DNA of 64,000 nucleotides, from NCBI GenBank assembly GCA_051251915.1, contig JBPOGF010000005.1:64001-128000 (forward strand). Reading direction: 5' to 3'. The position numbers and the translations under genes were made by a program. Source of the stretch: Akkermansiaceae bacterium. Lineage in GTDB: Bacteria; Verrucomicrobiota; Verrucomicrobiia; Verrucomicrobiales; Akkermansiaceae. The first letter of the stretch is position 1. Each line of letters starts with the position of its first letter. Below the pieces are notes generated by a model, which saw nothing but the letters and a program-made list of their open reading frames with translations, was not told the origin of the DNA and made no database searches. Below, piece by piece: positions 18,689-26,763 of the stretch.

Positions 18689-19378
18689 TTACATGTCTGC
18701 CCACTGGCGGAGTAGGTTGTGATAGACGCCGGTGAACTGGACTGCTGATTCGCTGGCGACTGGGTGGTCTGGGAGTGCTCCTGAGAGGCGCTGGGTGGCG
18801 ATGTCCATGTCGAAGAGGAGTGAGCGGCGTTCGTCTGAGCGAACCATGCTTTGAAGCCAGAAGAAGGAACTCACGCGAGCACCTGAGGTTACTGGGGTGA
18901 CATTGTGGAGTGAGGTGGAAGGGTAGAGGACCATGTGTCCGGCTGGTAGCTTGACGCTCTTGGCTCCGTAGGTGTCTTCGATGATGAGTTCGCCGCCTTC
19001 GTATTCTTCTGGGTCTTTGAAGAAGAGTGTGCAGGAGAGGTCTGCGCGGATGCGTAGGCCGTTTGGCATGGTGCGGACTGAGCTATCTACGTGAGTGCCG
19101 AACTGTTCGCCGCCTTCGTAGCTGTTAAACATGGGGGGGAGGATGTGGAGTGGTAGGGCGGCGGATATGAAGAGTGGGTTTGACTGTAGGGCTGTTAGGA
19201 TCATTTGGCCGATTTCTTGGGCGGCGGGACTGTTTTGACCTAGTTGCTTGTTAGTCTTCACCTTAGCTGCTTGGTGGCCGGCGGTCTTGCGACCATCTTC
19301 CCAGTTGGCGGCTTCTAGAAGTGCACGAGCATGCTTTACTTGTTCGCTACTTAATACATCTGGAATACATAGGATCAT
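18689..19378 (-). CDS. piuC: Fe(II)/2OG-dependent dioxygenase PiuC/YbiX (PKHD-type)
   Basis: PPMFN.Y, HVD, DLSCTLF, YEGGEL, LYPSTSLH.V.PV.SG.R, FFW.QS. Confidence 0.9.
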   Translation of the reverse strand: MILCIPDVLSSEQVKHARALLEAANWEDGRKTAGHQAAKVKTNKQLGQNSPAAQEIGQMILTALQSNPLFISAALPLHILPPMFNSYEGGEQFGTHVDSSVRTMPNGLRIRADLSCTLFFKDPEEYEGGELIIEDTYGAKSVKLPAGHMVLYPSTSLHNVTPVTSGARVSSFFWLQSMVRSDERRSLLFDMDIATQRLSGALPDHPVASESAVQFTGVYHNLLRQWADM

Positions 19379-19405
19379 CTTTTTGAGATAGGTTGTTGTT
19401 TAACG

Positions 19406-19443
19406 AAAAATGGCACACCATTGGTTGCCCAAATGGTGTGCCA
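19406..19443 (-). terminator. Hairpin plus U-tract between receptor and piuC
   Basis: tggcacaccatt/aatggtgtgcca 12-bp stem with adjacent A5. Confidence 0.7.
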
Positions 19444-19465
19444 GTCAGTATCTATTTATACTAGA

Positions 19466-21733
19466 TTAGAACTTCCATTCAGCACTGATAGTGAATGTGC
19501 GCGGTGGCGCTACTTGAGCTCTTGTTGAACCCCAGTTTGTAGATATTGCATACGCGTTATCGAATACATTGTCTACGTTTAATCTTAGTGTGACGTTGTC
19601 TTTAAGCTCATAAGAAGCAAGAGCGTTGAATACGATGTAGCTTGGTAGTTTGCCATTGGCACCGTTAGGGATGATTCTGTCGTGGTCGTCAGTGCGTCCT
19701 ACGTAGGATTCACCGTTGTATTGCATTCCACCGCCTACTGTGAGCTTATCTGTGGCCTCGTATGTGGTGAAGAGGTTCATGGAGACATTTGGAGTGAACG
19801 CGAGTTCGTCACCATTCACATCACCGTAGGGATCATCTTCTGGGCGTCCTGATGTGTTACGAACGTCTGTGAAGTGGTCTCGCTCAGAGTTCATGACAAG
19901 CAGACCACCGAAGACATCCCAGCGATCTGTGATTTTTCCAGTGATGCCGAGTTCGAGTCCGTAGAGGTTTTGCTCACCTTCACCGATGGTATTGCCACGG
20001 CCATCTGAGATGACGATGTTTTTACGGTTGGTGTAGAATAATCCTGCTGTGGTGGAGAGTCTTCCATCGTAAAGGTCCCATTTTCCGCCAACTTCGTAGT
20101 TGAAGTTTTGCTGAGCTTCAGCATCTGGATTATTGACTCCTCCACCGGCACCAGGGAAGGCATTACCGCCTTCACGGGAAATGTCAGGGCTAGAGAGGAA
20201 TGAGCCTGGAGGTAAGTAGGAAAGACCAACCGCTCCGTAGTAACTGACATTTTCTTGAGGTTTATACACGAGGCCGAGTTTACCTCCTACATATGTGTCA
20301 TTCTTGCCATAGTTGAAGCTACCGTCAGAGTCGGTGAGCTGGAAGTCATAGTGCTCAGCACGAAGTCCACCGGTGAGCTGCCAGTTTTCGCTTAGTTTGG
20401 CTGTGTCGTAGAGATAGGCTGCAAAGCTAGTGACCTCTACATTAGCGGAGGCGGATGATGCGCCGAATGTAACCGCTCTGCTAGAGAGAGGATCTGAAGC
20501 TGACGTATCAGCGACACTTCCTGTGCCGAAGCGTAGTGCATCAGATTCTTCATGACTGAAGTCTACACCTGCAGAGATTTTGTGGTTTATGCCATTCATA
20601 TCAAAGTCATTGGTATAGTTTAACTGATTGGAGTAGAGTGTGTTTTCGCGGTTATAGCGGAGAGCTCTGCCACTGACTAGGCCGGTAACTGGATCGTATG
20701 CATCTGCGCTGATGAATCCTGCATTGCGTTCACTTTGAGAAAAACGCATTTGGTTGGTGAGGACGCCACCGTTGGTGAGCTCTCGTCTGTATGTGGCGGT
20801 GATTGAGTCGTAGCTCGTGTCATCGAAATCTTGATCAGTTCCGTAGAAATTATCTATAAAACCACTAGTACCTGAAACGTAGTTTTTTGTTCCTTTTACG
20901 AAGGCAGCTGGTACACCGTAATCTGGGATGTCATTAGATTCTGTGTGCTGGTAAGAAAGGGTGAGTGAGGAATTAGTGCCAATTCCGAAGCCGATGCTTG
21001 GAGCAAATCCCCATGCATTGTTCTCTGCATCTCCGCGGCCTAGGATACCACCTTCTTGGTAGAAGGCGTTCATGCGAAATGCTGTGGCTTCTAGTGAGCC
21101 TAGAGTGAGCTGTCTGTTGAGATCAATGGACTGGCGGAAGAGAGGATCACCGCTCTGGAATGAATGTCCAAGGCTAGAGTTTAAAGTGAGGAAGTCGTCT
21201 AAATGCGGGGTTTTTGAGACAATGTTGACGTATCCTCCTGCGCCGCCGCGGCCGTTTTCGTCTGCGGCTCCTTTAGCGATTTCTACGCGTTCCACGTTGA
21301 AGATATCACGTGTGTAGCTACCTGAGTCACGCACTCCATCGATAAATACGCTGCCTGAGGCATCTGTGCCACGGAGGTTGAAGTTATTAGGGTTGCTGGA
21401 GAATCCATTCTCACCGGCGCTGAATGAAATACCTGGTGTGTTTTTGAGAACGTCTGTGAGGTTGCGTGCGCCTTGTTGTTCGAAAACTTCTTTGGTTACT
21501 ACATTAAAGGTTTGGGGAGTGTCGAGTAACGGAGCGGTCATCTTACTTGAAGATAAATTCGGTGGATTGATGACAGCGACTTCTTCTCCAGCGACTACTG
21601 AGTCAGCGAGAGCTTCAATAGGTTTGAGCGCATCTTGAGCGCTAGCACTTGTCATGGCTGCAAATGTCGCTAACGCAAGTAATTCGCGTGATGATGCGAC
21701 TCTTTGAGTTCTAGTATCTGTATTAGTAGTCAT
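19466..21733 (-). CDS. TonB-dependent siderophore receptor (Fiu/PiuA-like)
   Basis: LLDTPQT, LKNTPGI, DGVRD, ERVEIAKG plug; LNVDNVFD..Y and terminal Phe. Confidence 0.92.
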   Translation of the reverse strand: MTTNTDTRTQRVASSRELLALATFAAMTSASAQDALKPIEALADSVVAGEEVAVINPPNLSSSKMTAPLLDTPQTFNVVTKEVFEQQGARNLTDVLKNTPGISFSAGENGFSSNPNNFNLRGTDASGSVFIDGVRDSGSYTRDIFNVERVEIAKGAADENGRGGAGGYVNIVSKTPHLDDFLTLNSSLGHSFQSGDPLFRQSIDLNRQLTLGSLEATAFRMNAFYQEGGILGRGDAENNAWGFAPSIGFGIGTNSSLTLSYQHTESNDIPDYGVPAAFVKGTKNYVSGTSGFIDNFYGTDQDFDDTSYDSITATYRRELTNGGVLTNQMRFSQSERNAGFISADAYDPVTGLVSGRALRYNRENTLYSNQLNYTNDFDMNGINHKISAGVDFSHEESDALRFGTGSVADTSASDPLSSRAVTFGASSASANVEVTSFAAYLYDTAKLSENWQLTGGLRAEHYDFQLTDSDGSFNYGKNDTYVGGKLGLVYKPQENVSYYGAVGLSYLPPGSFLSSPDISREGGNAFPGAGGGVNNPDAEAQQNFNYEVGGKWDLYDGRLSTTAGLFYTNRKNIVISDGRGNTIGEGEQNLYGLELGITGKITDRWDVFGGLLVMNSERDHFTDVRNTSGRPEDDPYGDVNGDELAFTPNVSMNLFTTYEATDKLTVGGGMQYNGESYVGRTDDHDRIIPNGANGKLPSYIVFNALASYELKDNVTLRLNVDNVFDNAYAISTNWGSTRAQVAPPRTFTISAEWKF

Positions 21734-21787
21734 TTTATGTATGAATTATTTTAAGGTCAATTCGTGTTAGTTGCTCACGATGATGAT

Positions 21788-21806
21788 ATTGAGAATTAAT
21801 CTCAAT
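21788..21806. promoter_or_regulatory. Fur box-like palindrome
   Basis: ATTGAGA-ATTAA-TCTCAAT 19-bp inverted repeat about 55 bp upstream of the receptor start. Confidence 0.7.
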
Positions 21807-21885
21807 AGATGAAGTAGGTCAAGTTTAATAGAGGAAATATCTACAGAGAAAGTCTGGCAACGCCCGAAACTGCTGTTAAGGCACA

Positions 21886-22329
21886 TTGGGCATGGGATTA
21901 CTTGAGGCAAGAGGTGCTGAAACAGGGAAGAGTTATGAAGAACTGGAGCGTGGCTGGTGCTTGGGTGATGGAGATTTCAGACAAAAGATCTTAGATAGGG
22001 CAGAAGGACTCTTAAGCTCTGTGAAAAGAGAAAGTGTGAGTGGTCTAGCGGTTAAAGAGCACGATGAGCTAGAAGCTGAAAGATTACTTAAGGCTGGGAT
22101 GTTAAAGTTAGGGTTAGAGGCAAAGGATTTAGCGAAGATGGCGAAGTCTGCAGTGGAGAAAAGAGCCTTAGCTGGATGGTTGGCTAAACACACAATGGCA
22201 TCTGGATCCTGGCTTGCACAACGGCTAGTAATGGGGCATATTAGTTCAGTGACACAAGCAAAAGCATGGTGTCGGGATAACAAAGAAGGTGAGCGATGGT
22301 TGAAGAAATTGGAAAAGAAGAGCAGATAA
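21886..22329 (+). pseudogene. C-terminal remnant of a RAYT/IS200-like transposase
   Basis: RGWCLGD..FR, EAERLL..LGL, EKRALA.WL..HT....WLAQRL.MG resemble verrucomicrobial Y1-transposase tails; no HUH domain. Confidence 0.55.
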
Positions 22330-22357
22330 ATAGAATTAAAAAGTAGGTGAAATTATT

Positions 22358-22906
22358 AATTATAGGACCCCTTTTGCGCTTACCCCTTTTGCGCCTATGG
22401 GTTGGTGTTGCTTTAGATGATTGTGTTTGTTTTCCGTTAGCAGGCGGAGCAGGCCGAGGCGGTGAATCTGCATCAAATAACTAAACACCAATCATGAAAA
22501 TAATCACATTCATACTATTTTTTTTCTTACTGAATTCAGTGATCATTGCTAGTGAAACCATTCCTCTAGTTGAAATAACTAAATTAATTAAAGATAAAAA
22601 AATTGTTGTTTGTTCTCTGAATGGTTCAGGTAAGAAAGATGAGGTTCTTGTTCAGATAGGTTATAATGTGGAACTAACCCATATAGATACGAATGTAAAA
22701 AATACTGGATATTATATAGTTATTAGAAAAAAATCATCACGAAGACTAGTGTCAAGAGTATCCGATAATTTAGAAGAGAAAGTAGATTTATCTCATCTTT
22801 TGGGAAGAAAATTTAAATCCGTTTCTATGGGAAGCATAATTAAAATATTTAAGAGGCAGGAAAAGGGTATGAGCTGTAAATAAAAGAAGAAACAGGTCCT
22901 ATAATT
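22358..22906. repeat. 12-bp inverted repeat pair flanking an orphan ORF
   Basis: aattataggacc (22358-22369) / ggtcctataatt (22895-22906); 13-bp direct repeat accccttttgcgc at 22367 and 22382. Confidence 0.7.
22494..22883 (+). CDS. Low-GC secreted orphan protein
   Basis: Signal peptide MKIITFILFFFLLNSVIIAS; visibly more AT-rich than neighbours. Confidence 0.6.
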   Translation: MKIITFILFFFLLNSVIIASETIPLVEITKLIKDKKIVVCSLNGSGKKDEVLVQIGYNVELTHIDTNVKNTGYYIVIRKKSSRRLVSRVSDNLEEKVDLSHLLGRKFKSVSMGSIIKIFKRQEKGMSCK

Positions 22907-23011
22907 TAGAATAGCCGTAGATGCTATATGGCAGAATAGATAAAGGTGTTTAGTCTTTCAGAGTCAAAGAGCCAATCTCCTACCAAATCCACCCCCGCAC
23001 TCCACCCCCCA

Positions 23012-23216
23012 AAGCACTGTCACGCTGCCTGCAATCATGCCATCTCACAAACGAGTGTAATGCCACGGACCCTTTCGCCCTATGGGCGAATGCTGAGACA
23101 CTTCCCCAAAGGGGCCCCCTCTCATCACCGGGATCATTCCACTCGCAAAGCTCGTTGCATTTGCTGGGCATTACACGCGTTGTGCGAAGGAATGAGTAGG
23201 CATGGCGCCAGTGCTT
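23012..23216. ncRNA. Candidate structured ncRNA or MITE-like element of unknown class
   Basis: Nested inverted repeats aagcactg/cagtgctt, catgcc/ggcatg, gtgtaatgcc/ggcattacac enclosing several hairpins. Confidence 0.5.
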
Positions 23217-23231
23217 GAATTAGGTTTACAG

Positions 23232-23264
23232 AAAAAAGCTCCCAAGGTTGGACCTTGAGAGCTT
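23232..23264 (-). terminator. fbaA intrinsic terminator (direct repeat copy 2)
   Basis: aagctcccaaggttggaccttgagagctt hairpin with A6. Confidence 0.75.
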
Positions 23265-23292
23265 ATGTGGAAATGATTAGAAAAGTATTAGC

Positions 23293-24321
23293 TTACTTCT
23301 TGTAGATTGATTTTCCTGTTGAGAGGAGGTCATCACAAGCGAGTTTGAGTCTTTCGCAGACGCCTTGTTCACCTTTTTTGATGTATGAGCGTGGGTCATA
23401 TTTGCCTTTTACGCCGACTTCGCCGTCGATTTTGAGTACTGACTCGATGTTTTCACAGATGTGAGTGACGATAGGGCGAGTGAATGCGTATTGGGTGTCG
23501 GTGTCGATGTTCATTTTGATGACGCCGTAGCCGAGTGTCTCGCGGATGTCTGCGAGGTCTGAGCCTGATCCGCCGTGGAATACGAAGTCCATTTGTGCTT
23601 CTGCACCGTGCTTGTCAACGACTGCAGCTTGGCCATCACGGAGGATGGTAGGCTTGAGTTTGACTGAGCCAGGCTTGTATGCTCCGTGGACGTTTCCGAA
23701 GGTGGCTGCGAACATGAATCTGCCGATAGGGGCGAGAGTCTCGTAGACTTGGATCATGTCTTCAGTGGTGGTGTAGAGTTTTTCTGCTGGGAGGTCTGAG
23801 GTGTCGTGACCGTCTTCTTCACCGCCTACGCAGCCTGCTTCAACTTCGAGGATGATGTTGAGTTCTGCGCATTCCTTGAGGAGTCCTTTTGAGATCTCCA
23901 TATTTTGGTCAAGGTCTACTACTGATCCATCAAACATGTGTGACTGGAAGAGTGGTCCTTTGCCTTCTGCGATGCGAGTGCGTGAGGCTTCTAGGAGTGG
24001 CTTGAGGAAGCTGTCAACTTTAGCTGGGTGACAGTGATCTGTGTGGAGAGCTACGAGGATGTCGTATTTCTCAGCGAGTAGGTGAGTGGCTTCAGCGAGG
24101 ACGATGGCACCGAATGCTTCGTCTGCGACTGCGAGGCCGGAAGCGAATGATCCGCCACCAGTGGATACCTGGATGATGCCGTCTGAACCGGCTTCTGCGA
24201 ATGCTTTAAGCGCACCGTTGATGGTGGCTAGTGATGTGATGTTGATGGCTGGGTATGCGTAGCCGCCTTTTTGAGCGGAGTCTAGCATTTGTGCGTATTG
24301 TTCTGGAGTTGCTACAGGCAT
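23293..24321 (-). CDS. fbaA: Class II fructose-bisphosphate aldolase
   Basis: LHTDHC, SHMFDGS, VGGEEDG, FGNVHG, FHGGSG, KMNIDTD, YDPR. Confidence 0.95.
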   Translation of the reverse strand: MPVATPEQYAQMLDSAQKGGYAYPAINITSLATINGALKAFAEAGSDGIIQVSTGGGSFASGLAVADEAFGAIVLAEATHLLAEKYDILVALHTDHCHPAKVDSFLKPLLEASRTRIAEGKGPLFQSHMFDGSVVDLDQNMEISKGLLKECAELNIILEVEAGCVGGEEDGHDTSDLPAEKLYTTTEDMIQVYETLAPIGRFMFAATFGNVHGAYKPGSVKLKPTILRDGQAAVVDKHGAEAQMDFVFHGGSGSDLADIRETLGYGVIKMNIDTDTQYAFTRPIVTHICENIESVLKIDGEVGVKGKYDPRSYIKKGEQGVCERLKLACDDLLSTGKSIYKK

Positions 24322-24386
24322 AGTATTTATTTGGTTAAGTTACTTGGTTATTGAGTTAGTGGTTTGGGAGAGTTTAAAGATATCGA

Positions 24387-24773
24387 TTAAAATGGGATGT
24401 CGTCGCCACGGAGGTCGTCCATGGATGGTTCGCCGCTTTGGTCGTTAGAGAAGTCTGGGATGTCGTTTGAGCTGGTGTTGTTAGCTGGAGCAGGTTGTGC
24501 GCCACCGCCTGAGCCTGCTTGGATTTTCCAGCAGTTAAGGTTGACGTAGTATTTGCCGTTGTATTCGTTTCCACGGATGTCGAAGCTGACGTTTACTGTC
24601 TGGCCAACAGCGAATTGATCAAGGAGTGAGCATTTGTCTTTAACGATTTCGAATTTAATGTCTTGCGGCCATTTTGAGTCTCCTGTGGTGATAACAAATT
24701 CACGCTTAGTGAATCCTGAGGAAAATGACTGGGTGTCATTGATGATTTTGATGGTTCCTTGTGCTTCGTACAT
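24387..24773 (-). CDS. DUF3127 domain protein (SSB-like OB fold)
   Basis: FTKREFV, PQ.I.FE, V.FDIRG.EYNG.YY..L..WKI, acidic DDIPF tail. Confidence 0.85.
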   Translation of the reverse strand: MYEAQGTIKIINDTQSFSSGFTKREFVITTGDSKWPQDIKFEIVKDKCSLLDQFAVGQTVNVSFDIRGNEYNGKYYVNLNCWKIQAGSGGGAQPAPANNTSSNDIPDFSNDQSGEPSMDDLRGDDIPF

Positions 24774-24905
24774 GATGGTGGGAGTGTGTCTTTTCTCTTT
24801 GCCTTGTCAATCATGATATAGGCTGTAGTCTGGCATGTTTGCGGGGGAGGTCTGTGAGCTAAGGTGACTAGACCGTTTTGGTGAGCGGGCTCACGTCAGA
24901 AGTTG

Positions 24906-24926
24906 ATTGGTCATTGGTCATTGGTC
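24906..24926. repeat. Heptamer tandem repeat ATTGGTC x3
   Basis: attggtc x3 just downstream of the RT stop. Confidence 0.7.
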
Positions 24927-24960
24927 GGATTCTTCGGTGGCTTGCTGGTTTATTCTGATT

Positions 24961-26481
24961 TTATTTGCGGAATAGTTTAGTGATGAGTTTTTTGATGAAG
25001 CTGGGTTGGCTAGGTGTCAGGGGTGGTGAGGATGTGTCTGAGGCTACTGTATTTTGTTTGTTAGGGAATTTGATTTGTTGTTGGTATCCGTGGCGTTTGG
25101 CGAGGGTTTCCATTTTGTGGAGCATGGGGGTGAAGCGTTCTCTGTCTATCATGACGAGGAATCTTCCGTAGCCTAGTGCTCTGGCGAGGAGGCGGTCTGA
25201 CTTTCCGTCCCAGGTTGCGCCTGCGGGGCCTTTGGTGTTGAGGTGGTGTAGGAGGGCGCGGTATTGGCGGACTTTGGTGCGGGAGATGGAGATTTTATCA
25301 TTCACGACGACTCCGGTGACCTCTTGGTGTTGGCCTTTGTGCATGATGCGGAGTTTGTCTGGGTGGACGGTGAAGCCTTCTTCGTGGATGACTTTCTTTA
25401 CGTGCCAGAGGAGCTTGGTGAGGTTTTGTTTGGTTTCTCCTTTGGTGGAGAAGGTCATGTCATCTGCGTAGCGGGTGTATGAGAAGCTGTGTTTGTTGGC
25501 GATGCCTTGGAGTCTGGCGTCTAGCCGGCGGCAGATGATGTTGGTGATGGCTGGGCTGGTGGGGGCGCCTTGGGGGAGGCATCTTTGTCCGTCTGCGATG
25601 TGCCAGTTTTCGTTGTCGATGCTGACTTCTTGGGTGGGTTGCTCGGTGCAGATGAGGGCGAGGACGGATGCGATGCCGTGAGAGTAGCCTAGCTCGCGGA
25701 ATGCGCCGATGACTCTGGCTAGTGTCAGGCTGGGGAAGAAGTCCTTGAGGTCTAGGTTCATGACGACGTCTGCGCCGACGTGGGGCGTGGCGTTGGTGAC
25801 GATGGACTTTTCTGTTAGGAATCCGTTGGCTGCGGGGTGGGATTTTACTTGGTTGAGGAGCTGGAGGTAGATTTTGAGTTGTGCGTCTTTTAGCCGTGGT
25901 TGTGGGGCGGAGATTTGTCGGTACCCGCCGGATTTCTTCGGCATGAGGAATCTTTTGTAGTGGTTGACCTTGGAGACTTTTCTGGCGTAGCTGAGGAATT
26001 TTAGGTCGGCTAGGCTGATGTTTAGGAATTCAGCGAGGGCTATGTGATCTGGGAAATCTGGAAGGTTGTATTTGGTTAGTTTTTCTGGGTTTGGCTTTAG
26101 TTTTGCTAGATTGTTAGAGACGTCTGGTCCGAGGTAGAGGATTTCTTTTGTTTTGCGCTTTTGCCAGTTGGCGGCTTGTTGGGCTTTTTTTTCTTCGCGT
26201 TGTTGCTTGAGTTCGGCTCTGCGTTTGAGTGATTCTTCTTTGCGGATGCGATGGATTTCTTTGAGTGCGTCTTCTTTGGAGCTGAAGAGGCGCTGTTGTT
26301 TCATGAGTTCGTTTAGCTCGCGGCGGATTTGACCTTTGCGCTTGATGAGGTCTGCTGGTGCTTGGTTTGAACTGCCATCTTTCCAGAAACCGAGGCGGAT
26401 CATTTCATTTAGGATCACCTCGTCACGAGATGATTGCCTGATCTGATCATAGAGTTCTTGGCGGCTGGCGGGTCTGGACAT
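24961..26481 (-). CDS. Retron-type reverse transcriptase
   Basis: PKKSGGYR.I.AP, NATPH (NAxxH region X), DLKDFFPS, LPQGAPTSP, YTRYADD, EVTG (region Y). Confidence 0.95.
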   Translation of the reverse strand: MSRPASRQELYDQIRQSSRDEVILNEMIRLGFWKDGSSNQAPADLIKRKGQIRRELNELMKQQRLFSSKEDALKEIHRIRKEESLKRRAELKQQREEKKAQQAANWQKRKTKEILYLGPDVSNNLAKLKPNPEKLTKYNLPDFPDHIALAEFLNISLADLKFLSYARKVSKVNHYKRFLMPKKSGGYRQISAPQPRLKDAQLKIYLQLLNQVKSHPAANGFLTEKSIVTNATPHVGADVVMNLDLKDFFPSLTLARVIGAFRELGYSHGIASVLALICTEQPTQEVSIDNENWHIADGQRCLPQGAPTSPAITNIICRRLDARLQGIANKHSFSYTRYADDMTFSTKGETKQNLTKLLWHVKKVIHEEGFTVHPDKLRIMHKGQHQEVTGVVVNDKISISRTKVRQYRALLHHLNTKGPAGATWDGKSDRLLARALGYGRFLVMIDRERFTPMLHKMETLAKRHGYQQQIKFPNKQNTVASDTSSPPLTPSQPSFIKKLITKLFRK

Positions 26482-26500
26482 AAGTTAAAAGGGGAGAAAA

Positions 26501-26723
26501 ATCAGTGGCAGAGGAGCTTCTTCGTGCAGAACCCGAGACTAGAAGGCTCAACTCAAGCGCAGTGCACCACTACGCACTAGTTCGCTTCAGAGAAGCCACC
26601 CAGGAACTAGTGCGTAGTGGTGCACTGCGCAAAGTTAAGAGACGGCTAGTGAAGCGTTGCAAGGCTGTATGCATGAACGGCGAAGCGCCGCTCGGTTGGC
26701 AAGGTGCAGCCTCTGCCACTGAT
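26501..26723 (-). ncRNA. Retron msr-msd non-coding RNA
   Basis: 14-bp a1/a2 repeats 26501-26514/26710-26723; perfect 27-bp msd stem 26557-26583/26604-26630; msr hairpin 26675-26693; ends about 20 nt before RT ATG. Confidence 0.9.
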
Positions 26724-26763
26724 GTTAAAAAAGTTATATGGTGATGGTTAGGATGAGAAGTAT

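Noticed and set aside
22430..22480. attC-like site before the orphan ORF
   Set aside because: No matching RYYYAAC/GTTRRRY core pair and no integrase
23065..23140. Hammerhead or HDV-like ribozyme (GTGATGAG..GAAA on minus, GGCGAATG on plus)
   Set aside because: Core is GUGAUGA rather than CUGAUGA, and I could not build the required helices or pseudoknot
22946..23218. ORFs 22946-23218 (+) and 22980-23171 (-)
   Set aside because: No recognisable protein features; region dominated by nested inverted repeats
24961..26481. RT as group II intron, DGR or CRISPR-associated RT
   Set aside because: No maturase/endonuclease domain, no TR/VR repeat pair, no cas genes or array seen; NAxxH, VTG and a1/a2 repeats indicate a retron
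26505..26744. 79-aa plus-strand ORF in the RT upstream spacer
   Set aside because: Antisense to the operon and coincident with the msr-msd inverted repeats; better explained as ncRNA
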